A stretch of DNA of 62,800 bases, counting the filler, from Chiloscyllium plagiosum (lineage: Eukaryota), in NCBI RefSeq assembly GCF_004010195.1. It is 3 parts of one record of this genome, joined end to end, with 100 filler letters (N's around TTAATTAATTAA, not from the genome) between each part and the next. Parts side by side here need not be neighbours in the genome. Positions count along the whole stretch, not along the records: positions 42,367 to 62,800 come from NC_057711.1; 2 more parts are not named here. One strand, written 5' to 3'. The notes under the pieces are model-generated. The model was not told the origin of the DNA. It searched no databases and worked only from the letters and a program-made list of their open reading frames with translations. Positions 52,475-62,800 of the stretch are shown here, piece by piece; positions within the stretch are counted from its first letter, which is position 1; each line of letters opens with the position of its first letter. The position numbers and the translations under genes were made by a program.

Positions 52475-53127
52475 TTTGTGTGGAAACAGGCCCTTCGGCC
52501 CACTAAGTCCATACCAACCCTCCGAAGAGTAACCCACCCAGACTCATTCCCATTCTCCTACACTACATTTACCCCTAACATTCCTGAACACTACGGGCAA
52601 TTTAGCATGGCCAGTTCACTTGACCTGCACATTTTTGCACTGTGGGAGGAAACCGGAGCAACCCGGAGGAAACCCACGCAGACACGGGGAGAATGTGCAA
52701 ACTCCACACAGACAGGTGCCCGACGTTGGAATTGAACCCGGGTCCCTGCCACTGTGAGGCAGCAGTGTTAACCACTCAGCCACTGTGCTGCTGTTGCTTT
52801 TGTGTGGAAACATGCCCTTTGGCCCAACAAACCCAAACCAACTCTCCGAAGAGTAATCCAACCAGACCTATTCCCCCACCCTATATTTACCCCTGACTAA
52901 TGCACCTAACCTACACATCCCTGAGCACTATGGGGAATTTAGCATGGCCAACTCAACTAACCTGCACACCTTTGGACTGTGGGAGGAAACCGGAGCACTC
53001 AGAGGAATCCCACGCAGACGCGGGGAGAATGTGCAAATTCTACACAGACAGTCGTCCAAGGCTGGAACCGAACCCAGGTCGCTGGCGCTGTGAGTTTACA
53101 GTATAACCACTGAGCCACTGTGCCAGT
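52475..53127 (-). mobile_element. Two tandem HE1/V-SINE copies (about 52475-52790 and 52800-53127)
   Basis: Each has the tail, V core (gggagaatgtgcaaactccacacagac) and tRNA head (ctgtgaggcagcagtg..aaccactgagccac). Confidence 0.92.
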
Positions 53128-53259
53128 GTGTTTTTCCAAATTTCCTAGTTCCATTTCATTAGCTATTGATGATGGTGACGTCATTGGAGGAGTGCAGCAA
53201 GACCCATTTCCGATGCACCATGGGTGGTGTAAGTATACAGTTTGGGAGGAAGAAGAGTG

Positions 53260-54620
53260 GAAGGGCATTAATGATAAGGTTATAGAGAGGTGTAAATATC
53301 ATGGAGATGTTATCATGGGGGTCTTTAATTGCCCATATATGGATTGTGATAATGGTATTGTAACAGTGAGGGTTACGTGTGCCTAGGTAGTGTTGAGGGG
53401 AATTTCCAAGAGCAGTATGTGTCTAGCACAACAGGAAAGGAGCTAGCCCTGGATCTCCACCTGGTAGGTCAAGTAAATTAAATGACAGTGGGGAAACACT
53501 TAGGAAACAGTATTACACAGAGGAAAATGACACTGTTACTTCCAGAGAAAGAATAATGAACTAGCAAAGACTGTCTGTAAATACAATTGAGAACCAAGCA
53601 GAATACAGAAGGTAAAGTCACCATAATCCAACTGAACTATTAGGCTTCTCTCTTATTAAAAACAAATGTCAGATAGTGGTTAACCTGAGGGTCACCATGC
53701 CTCAAACACGAAGAGTGATTGAGAAGGAGAATCCTTTATGGTGACCTCAACTGGTTTGGGAATTGAACCCACACTGTTGGTATCACTCTGCATCACAAAC
53801 CAGCTGCCCAGTCAACTGAGTTAGGAAAGTGGACAACAAGCACAAGAAGCAAAGAGGGATATTGAAAAATGTACTGAGATATTACAAAAATAAAGAGAAA
53901 TCCCAAAGTCGCATTAGCACGACATTGGTAAAAGGATGATAAAGGAGTAGGATCGATGAGGGACCAAGAGGGGATTTACACATGGAGGAAAGACAGATGA
54001 CTGAGGCGCTAAATGAATATTTTACATTTGTCTTTAATAACGTGGCCAGTGTTCTACAGGTTATTATGCAAGGCACAATTTCAAAGCTTCCAAATGACTC
54101 AAAACTTGGGATAATTGTGAACAATGAGGACAGTGTAGATCTTCAAAAGAACATTGACAAGTTGGTGGAGTGGGCAGATAGGTGGTAGATTAAATTAAAT
54201 GTGAGAAGATGTGATTCACTTTGGTACAATGAAAATGGAGAGGCTGTATAAAATAAGAGGTACTTTGCTAAGGAGTGTGCAGAAACAGGGAGATCTGCAA
54301 GTACACATACATCATTTACAGTGGCAAGACATGCAGCGAAAGCTGTAAATTATGTATTCAAGGCTTCATTAATAACAGCATAGAATGGAACAGCAGGGAA
54401 AATATGATGAACTTATATAGCATAATGTTGAAACCTCAGCTAAGTATTGTGTATGGCTCTGGACAACACAACATAGGAAGGATGTGAACACGTTGGAGAG
54501 AGTGCAGATGAGATTTACAAAGATATTTCCAGGGATGAGACACCTCAGTTATGAGGGAAGTTTGGAGAAGTTATAACTGTTTTCCTAGGACAGGAAAGGT
54601 CTAGGAGGAGATTTAATAGA
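53260..54620 (+). mobile_element. Old, heavily deleted CR1 (resumes about 56955-57170)
   Basis: VIMGVFNCP (endonuclease GDFN motif), EALNEYF, SKLPNDSKLG, DLQKNIDKLVEWADRW. Confidence 0.75.
53610..53825 (-). mobile_element. tRNA-derived SINE (family of 12720)
   Basis: ggttaacctgagggtcaccatgcctca...gggaattgaaccc...caactgagtta. Confidence 0.7.
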
Positions 54621-56955
54621 ACATGGTTAAGAAATATAAGGACGCATATGTCAGCTATAGACAGGAGAGATCGAGTGAATTCTTAGAAGAGAATAAAGAC
54701 AGTAAGAGTTTACTTAAGAAGGAAATCAGAAGGGCAAAAATGGGACATGAGATAGCTTTGGCAAATAGGGAAAATCCAAAGGGTTTTTATAAATACATTA
54801 AGGACAAAAGGGTAACTACGGAGAGAATAGGCCCCTCAAAAAGCAGCAAGGCAGCCTATGTGTGGAGCTGTAGGAGACGGGGGAGATATTAAACAAATAC
54901 TTTGCATCAGTGTTTACTATGGAGAAGGACATGGAAGATTATGGAATGTGGGTAATTAGATGGTGACATCTTGAAAAATGTCTATATTACAGAGGTGGTT
55001 ATGTCGAATGTTTTGAAATGCATAAAAGTGGATAAATCCCCAGGACCTGATCAGGTGTACCCTAGAACTCTGTGGGAAGCTAGAGAAGTGATTGCTGGGC
55101 CTCTTGCTGAGATATTTGTATCAACGATAGTCACAGGTGAGGTGCTGGAAGACTGGAGGTTGGCAAACGTGATGCCACTATTTAAGAAAGGTAGTAAGGA
55201 GAAGCCAGGGAACTATAGACTGGTGAGCCTGACNNNNNNNNNNNNNNNNNNNNNNNNNNNNNNNNNNNNNNNNNNNNNNNNNNNNNNNNNNNNNNNNNNN
55301 NNNNNNNNNNNNNNNNNNNNNNNNNNNNNNNNNNNNNNNNNNNNNNNNNNNNNNNNNNNNNNNNNNNNNNNNNNNNNNNNNNNNNNNNNNNNNNNNNNNN
55401 NNNNNNNNNNNNNNNNNNNNNNNNNNNNNNNNNNNNNNNNNNNNNNNNNNNNNNNNNNNNNNNNNNNNNNNNNNNNNNNNNNNNNNNNNNNNNNNNNNNN
55501 NNNNNNNNNNNNNNNNNNNNNNNNNNNNNNNNNNNNNNNNNNNNNNNNNNNNNNNNNNNNNNNNNNNNNNNNNNNNNNNNNNNNNNNNNNNNNNNNNNNN
55601 NNNNNNNNNNNNNNNNNNNNNNNNNNNNNNNNNNNNNNNNNNNNNNNNNNNNNNNNNNNNNNNNNNNNNNNNNNNNNNNNNNNNNNNNNNNNNGGAAAGG
55701 CAAGGACTAATTAGGGATAGTCAACATGGCTTTGTGAGTGGGAAATCATGTCTCATGAACTTCACTGAATTTTTTGAAGAAGTAACAAAGAGGATTGATG
55801 AGGGAAGAGTGATGGACGTGATCTATATAGACTTCAATAAGGCATTCGACAAGGTTCCTCATAGGAGACTGGTTAGCAAGGTTTCATCTCATGGAATACA
55901 GGGAGAACTAGCCATTTGAATACAGAACTGGCTCAAAGGTAGAAGACAGAGGGTGGTGGGTGGAGGGTTGCTTTTCAGACAGGAGGCCTGTGACCAGTGG
56001 TGTGTCACAAGGATTAGTGCTGGGTCCACTACTTTCCGTCATTGATATAAATGATTTGGATGTGAACATAGGAGGTATAGTTAGTAAGTTTGCAGATGAC
56101 ACCAAAATTGGAGGTGTAGAGGACAGAAAAAATGGTTACCTTGGATTACAATGGGATCTTGATCAGAGGGGCCAATGGGCTGAGCAGTGGCAGATGGAGT
56201 TTAATTTAGATAAATGTGAAGTGCAGCATTTTGGAAAAGCAAATCAAAACAGGATGTATACACTTAATGGTAAGGTCCTAGGGAGTGTTGCTGAATAAAG
56301 AGACCTTGGAGTGCAGGTTCATAGTTCCTTGAAAGAAGAGTCGCTGGTAGATAGGATAGTGAAGAAGGCGTTTGGTATGCTTCCCTTTATTGGTCCGAGT
56401 ACTGAGTACAGGAGTTGGGAGGTCATGTTGTGGCAGTACAGGTCATTGGTCAGGCCACTTTTGTAATATTACGTGCAATTCTGGTCTCCTTCCTATCGGA
56501 AAGATGTTGTGAAACTTGAAAGGGTTCAGAAAATGTTTACATGTATGTTGCCCGGGTTGGAGAATTTAAGCTATAGGGAGAGGGCTGTTTTCCCTGGATA
56601 GGATAAATCGACAAGGTCTTTTCCCTGGATTTTGGGAGCAGTTTCCAGAACTAGAGGGCATAGGTTTGGGGTGAGAGGGGAAAGATATAAAAGAGACCTA
56701 AGGGGCAACTTTTTCACGCAGAGAGTGGTATGTGTATGGAATGAGCTGCCAGAGAAAGTAGTTGAGACAAGTACAATTACAGCATTTAAATGGCATTTAA
56801 AAGGCATCTGGATGGGTGTATGAATAGGAAGGGTTTAGATGGATATGGGCCAAGTGTTGGCAAATGGGACTAGATTAGATTAGGATATCTGGTTGGCATG
56901 GACAAGTTGGACCAAAGTGTCTGTTTCCCTGCTGTACATCTCTATGACTCTATGA
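54621..56955 (+). mobile_element. CR1 LINE, with gap at 55234-55693
   Basis: KSPGPDQVYPR, YIDFNKAFDKVPH, SGVSQGLVLGP, SKFADDTK, FFTQRVVCVWNELP; tail ctctatgactctatga. Confidence 0.95.
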
Positions 56956-57304
56956 GTGTATTTCAAAATCGTGAAGAGTCCAGACAGAGTAAATTGGGAG
57001 AAATGGTTCCCATTCATAAACAATTGAAAATGACAGTGCACAGTTTAAATATTTGCAACAAAAAAGGCAAATAGAAGGTGGGAATAAACTTGTTCACATA
57101 GCAAGTAATTAATATTTTGGAATGCAGCACCTGTTTGTGGGGTGGAGGCATGTTCAGCCAAGGCATTCAATGGAATTCTCCGCCAACATCAATACCAGAA
57201 ATAAGGTGCCAATGACCCATGTAAGATTAACAAACAGATGGCTCACAATGCATTGACTAGCAGGCGCATACAAAATAACTGATCTGCAGAAGGCCTTACC
57301 TCAG

Positions 57305-57430
57305 CTGACCAGCACATTGTCCTGACCACAACAACCAGCAGGTGGCACACATCACACTGACCAGCAGATGGCACATCCCACCACACCGACAAACAAGTGG
57401 CACAGATTATGCTGACCAATAATTAGCATA
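57305..57430 (+). repeat. Degenerate 26-29 bp tandem repeat containing CTCF-like motifs
   Basis: CCAGCAGGTGGCAC 57335-57348, CCAGCAGATGGCAC 57361-57374, CAAACAAGTGGCAC 57390-57403. Confidence 0.65.
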
Positions 57431-60161
57431 TACCACGATGATCTGGTCGACATTTTGTCTAGGTGTGACCAGATCACACTACACACAGCTTCTAATATTT
57501 CCAGCTTGGTATGGGGGCTACAAATATACATATTTCACCTCAAAACCGGCCTCCCCTGTGTTGTGTGCTATGAAGTGTATTCCTGGATAAAGTCATGTTC
57601 CCTCCTGGTCCAATGCTTCTCCTTGTGTTAAAGTAAAGTTAAAATGGTATATACCAGTTCACCATAGAACTCTTGCAACCATAGAATTCCCAAACTTAAA
57701 TTTATTCAAGAGATATAAATCTTAATGTGAGATTGTATCAGAATTTCATAGTAGAATGGTGTATGTAAATAGGGACATATGGTACAGAGTGATAAGTTAA
57801 AATAACACAATGCCCTAATTGCTAATGCAATGTATCATTCTAGAAAGTCAGAGGATATATGGAGTGCTTTCAGCAAATGAGAACAGAAATGGGAAATGCA
57901 AGAGAAATGTAATGCTTTCCCTGGAAAAGTGATAGAGGCCGGTTCAAATGAGGCACTCAAGAGGAAATAGTGTGCAGGATTATGGGAAAAAAGCAGAAGA
58001 TTAGTACGAGGTGATGATTCTCATTTGCAGAGCTGGTTCTATTCCCATTAGATTGAATGGTCTCTTTCTGTATCGTAACATTTCTGTGTTTCCATAAAGT
58101 GACAAGACTGTGGGACGTTTTCCCACAGAAGCAGAGCAGGTTGAAGAGATTTAATACAGATTTTATTCATAAGGGAGAGTTTTGACAGAGTGAATAAAGA
58201 AAGTTTATTTCCTCTGGTCAGAGGGTCAGTGGAAAGTAGATATTTTTAAATTGTATTTAAGACTGTGACGAAAGGGCTATGAGGTATTTTGTGACAGCCA
58301 ATTGTTGGAGTATGGAATGCTTCATCACAAGGGACATTTCAGAAGTGGTGCTTTTGAGTGAAAGGAGGAGAATAACGATGTTGGATTCTGCACTTTGCAA
58401 TAGAGTTCTAGTAGGTCAGGAGATCTATATTTCTCTGTACATTCATTCCAACTCCTTCCTGAATTGCTGTTCATCTCTCACTGATAGAGGATTCCTGGCA
58501 GTCTTCCCACTGTTACTGCAAGGCTGCCAGAATGAAGAGGACAATATTTTTGACGGTGTAGTAAGGACTTGCAGAACCACAAGAAGTGGCAAATGAAAGG
58601 AAAGGTTTGGGGCTAGGCTGATGGAAGAGATGAATACTCTTGCTCCTCTGCTTCAATTGGTCCTCATATACATCACCACCATGTTCTGCTGCCTGCTGGT
58701 ACCTTCTCCCAGGAAGGTTGGCCCTGGGAACAGTAAGAAGTGAAGATTAACTCTAGTAGAGACATGTGCCCAAATGTCCTCTCGTTCTCCTTCATGGTTA
58801 TGGTGGGACTGTGAAAGAAAATTTGAGCTGTGATCTCGGGGGACTCACAGGCCTATAGGGAGAATGTGAAGCAATAACATTAGTTTTGGATTACTCAGTC
58901 AAGAGCTGAAACCAATAGAATGGTTTCCTTCTCTGCAATGAAATCCTATGACTGTAGAAGGACTTGAAATGATATTTTTTCCATTGAGTGCAAAATGGGG
59001 AATAGAAGAACAATGGCATCATGGATAAGATGAAATTAAAGGCAGGCTATTGCAACTTTTCTCAACAAATTAATGCAATATCTGTGCTTGAATTAATGAA
59101 CCAGAATATTGTCTGACACCCTTTCTAAAAAGTGCAATAATAGGTAAAAGAAAATCTTGCATTTATTGTCTAACATTTAGTTTAATAACAGTTTAATAAG
59201 ATATCTATGCAGACCTTGAGTAATGTATTCTGTCTATTTATCAACCAGCGCAAGTTCTAATTCACATTTACACACCTTTGTACTTGTCAGACATACATAT
59301 GTCTCCATTATGCTTCAACCTACTTTAACCTAATTGCTTAACCTCATGCTTTGGTCATCACAGGAAGATAAGACATTTGAAAGTGACAAAGGCCAGTGCA
59401 CAAAGCCTGCTCAATCAGTCACTGTGTGACTATGATCACAGAATTATAGTGATTCCACAGTGCAATAGGAGTCCATTCGGTTCATCATGCTTGCAGCATT
59501 GGTCACGCATAAATTTTGGCACCATCTACCACCACCACAGGAGGTATTTGCACTGTTCAATAATTTTCTTAAGTGACAAAAATTAGTAATTGAGTAGCTT
59601 GCCAAAATAATCAGAAAACCATCTCAAACCAATGAGTTGGAATGTTCTTTGATACTTGTATGAGCAAGACATAAAGTCAAACTAGGAGGAGAGAAAAGTT
59701 GTTTGTAGAAGAAAGGGAGTTCAGAGGTCAGTTGTATTTGTTAAAGCTTTAGCCATAGAAACAGGAGTAGTGCTCTCATCCTTTAAATCCTTTCCAACAT
59801 TTGATCAGGTCATGGCTGATCTCTGCTTTGGGCTGATGAAGCTAGAAATTCTAGAAGAAAGGTTTGAAGATACATTGGTTAAGTAAGATGTAGAGAAGTT
59901 TGGTCAATCCTTTATTGTGCTTATATTGCAAATTTGGTTCACTGAAACAATTCCTTGATGTAGACACCAAATTGATCTTTATTTGCTCAAAATCAAGAAG
60001 AGACACAGACATTAAAATAATAGTTTATGGAACATAAAAGAATTGTATAACCCCAATATATTTTGGCGAGAGACCTAACACTGCTGTAATGTTGGGTGTT
60101 ATGGTATCTTCCCTTGGAGGTCTCTTTGCTGAGCTCTGTTTTGCTAACCTGAGCCAGTACT

Positions 60162-60209
60162 TGAGTTGCCTGCATGTTTTATGGGTGAGTTGCCTGCATG
60201 TTTTATGGG
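60162..60209. repeat. Exact 24-bp tandem duplication
   Basis: tgagttgcctgcatgttttatggg x2. Confidence 0.95.
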
Positions 60210-60534
60210 TGCAGAGCCCAACATTTATTGTACAAGGCTCATAGCTATTATTACACCTTCCTCCCTTCCCACTTCATGATCCAATAAAAATAAAGAAGGA
60301 CTCATTATAGGAAGTTCCATTTCTACTTGTGACATTCCAATATACATAATTATAGTGATGGCAAAGACTATGAAAACTTGGCAGCATTACTGACAGTTTC
60401 ACATCCTAACAGATTCTACTTTTTGGCTGGCAACATTTGCTATAACATTATGCCCCTTCATACTAAAACCACTTTTGTTCTCTAATTCCGGGTTCTACAT
60501 TTTTAAGAGCCGTTCAGGGTTCTCTAGTTGGTTT

Positions 60535-62800
60535 GTGGAGAAAGTGAGAACTGCCAGTGCTGGAGATCAGAGTTGAAGAGCGTGGTGCTGGAAAAGCACA
60601 GCCAGTCAGGTAACATCTGATGAGCAGGACAGTCGACATTTGGAGCATAAGTCCTTCATTAGGAATGAGGCTTGTGGGCCAAGGGGGCTGAGAAATAAAT
60701 GGAATGAGGGGGCATGGGGCTGGGTGAAGGATCAGGGAATGCAATAGGTAGATAAAGATGGGGGTGAAGGTGATAGGTCGGAGGGGAGGGTGGAGCGGAT
60801 AAATGGGAAGGAAGATTGACAAGTAGCACAGTTTAAGAGGGCGGTGCCGAGTTGGAAGGTTGGATCTAGGAGAAGGTGGGAGGAGGGGAAATGAGGAAAC
60901 TGGTGAAATCCACGTTGATTCCATGTGGTCGGAGGTCCCAAGGCAGAAAATGAGATGTTCTTCTTTCAGGTATCAGGTGGTGAGAGTTTGACGGTGGAGG
61001 AGACTCAGGACTTGCATGGCCTTGGCAGAGTTGGAGGAGGAGTTAAAGTGTTCGGCCACAGGGTAGTGGGGTTGTTTAGTGCATGTGACCCAGAGATGTT
61101 CTCTGAAATGTTCCACAAGTTGACATCCTGTCTCCCCAGTGTAGAGGAGACCACATAAAGAGCAATGGACACAGTAGATGGCAGGTGTAAGTGCAGGTAA
61201 ATCTCTGTCAGATGTGGAAGTATCCTTTGGGGACTTGGATGGAGGTGAGGGGGGATGTATGGGTGCAGGTTTTGCACTTCTTGTGGTGGATGGGGAAGAT
61301 GCCGGGAGGGGAGGGTAGGTTGGTGGTGGGCATGGACCTAACAAGGGAATCATGGAGGGAATGGTCTCTTCAGAATGCAGATGGAGATGAGGAGGGAAAT
61401 ATATCCCTGGTGGTGGGGTCTCATTGTAGGTGGTGAAATGTTTGAGGATGATGTGCTGTATCCAGAAGTTGGTGGGGTGGATGTTGAGGACCGAGGGGTG
61501 TTCTGTCCTTGTTGCGATTAGAAGGGTGGGGTTCAAGGGCAGAGGTGTGGGAAATGGAGGAGATGCATTGGAGGGCATTGTCGACCATGTGGGAGGGGAA
61601 ACTACGGTCTTTGAAGAAGGAGACCATCTGGGATGTTCAATGGTGGAATTGGTCCTCCTTGGAGCAGATGCGCTGGAGGCGGAGGAATTGGGAATAAGGG
61701 ATAGTGTTTTACAGGAGGCAGGGTGGGAGGAGGTGTAGTCCAGGTAGCTGTGGGAGTCGATGGGCTTGTAGTAGATGCCCGTGTTTATTCAGTCACTGGG
61801 AATGGCAATGGAGGGGACCAGGAAAGGGAAGGAGGTGTCAAAGATGGTCCAGGTGAACTTGAGGTTAGGGTGGAAGATGTTAGTGAAATTGATGAATTGT
61901 TCAACATCCTCATGGAAGCACAAGGTGGCGCCAATACAGTCATTGGTGTAGCAGAGGAAATGGTGCCAGTGTAGCTGTGGAAGATGGACTGTACCATGTA
62001 CTAGATGAAGAGGCAGGCACTGCTGGGGCCCATGTGGGTGCCCCGGCTACCCCTCTGGTCTGATGGAAGTGGGAGGATTCAAAGGAGAAATTGTTGAGGG
62101 TGAGGACCAGTTCAGCCAATCAATTGAGTGTATCAGTGGAAAGGTACTGATTGGGTTGGTGTAAGATGAAGAAGCAGAGGGCTTGGAGGCCTTTAGACAT
62201 GGCAGACAGATGTGTATGGGGACTGGATGTCCGTGGTGAAGAAGTGACATTGCGGGTTGGGGAAACGAAAGACATGGAGGAGTGGAAGATGTGGGTGGTA
62301 TCCTGAATGTAAGTGGGGAGTTCCTGGGCCAAGGGCGACAGGATTGTATCAAGGTATGCAGAAATGAGTTCAGTAAGGCAGGTGCAGGCTGAGACGATGG
62401 ATCGACCTGGGGCAGTCAGGTTTGTGAATTTTGGGTAGGAGGTAAAACTGGGCAGTGCAGGGTTCCCGAACTATGAGGTTGGATGGGAGATCCCCTGAGG
62501 TAGTAAGGTTATGGGTGGTCTGGGAGATGATGGTTTGGTGATGGGAGGTGAGGTTGTGTTTGAAGGGGCAGCAGGAGGAAGTGTCCGCGGTTGGCACCTG
62601 GCTTCGGCGATGTATAGGTCAATGTGCTAAACTACCACTGCGCACCCCCAACCACCATGCCACCCCAACCCCCCTCCCCCATCTGTTGGTTTGATGGTGA
62701 TGTTGGGGTTGGAGCAGAGGGCTGTGCATTGCGAGAGTGAGAGGTTGGAGTGGGTGAGGGGAGTGGACAGGGTGAGATGGTCAATGTCACGGTGGCTGTC
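60535..62800 (-). mobile_element. Decayed Penelope-like retroelement (RT, GIY-YIG, terminal repeat), continuing past the window end
   Basis: Collinear on minus: FYLLPKIHKPDC, RGVAGGTHMGPS (GVAMG motif), YTND (decayed YIDD), YYKPIDSHSYL, IYCVHCSLCGLLYTGETG, HFREH, PVAEHF; frameshifted; degenerate hammerhead at about 60633-60663. Confidence 0.93.

Noticed and set aside
57305..57430. Repeat-spacer appearance resembling CRISPR
   Set aside because: Degenerate tandem units with no unique spacers, no cas genes, and a vertebrate context.

Overview
Non-coding, repeat-dominated vertebrate genomic DNA, very likely from an elasmobranch (shark). That call rests on HE1/V-SINEs, Deu-domain SINEs and abundant CR1-type LINEs. 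I find no host protein-coding gene, RNA gene or CRISPR array; every recognisable ORF is a decayed retrotransposon fragment. Contents: many 5'-truncated and nested CR1 LINEs; Penelope-like elements (PLEs, RT plus GIY-YIG), including a decayed copy running off the right end; two L1/Tx1 3' ends; solo LTRs; a TA-flanked MITE; a perfect (ATTAC)84 tract; four assembly gaps, two carrying an artificial TTAATTAATTAA linker. Most notable signals: (i) about a dozen minimal hammerhead-ribozyme motifs from at least 3 PLE families with covarying stem II, three of them in tiny insertions with their own target-site duplications (TSDs); (ii) a repeat-free, CpG-retaining block at about 13.3-15.7 kb rich in homeodomain-type motifs, resembling a conserved developmental enhancer cluster; (iii) a tandem CTCF-motif array; (iv) a 94-bp-arm inverted repeat; (v) two Tx1 insertions into the same LTR-like family. 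Family assignments were made by eye with no database search, and boundaries of old repeats are approximate.
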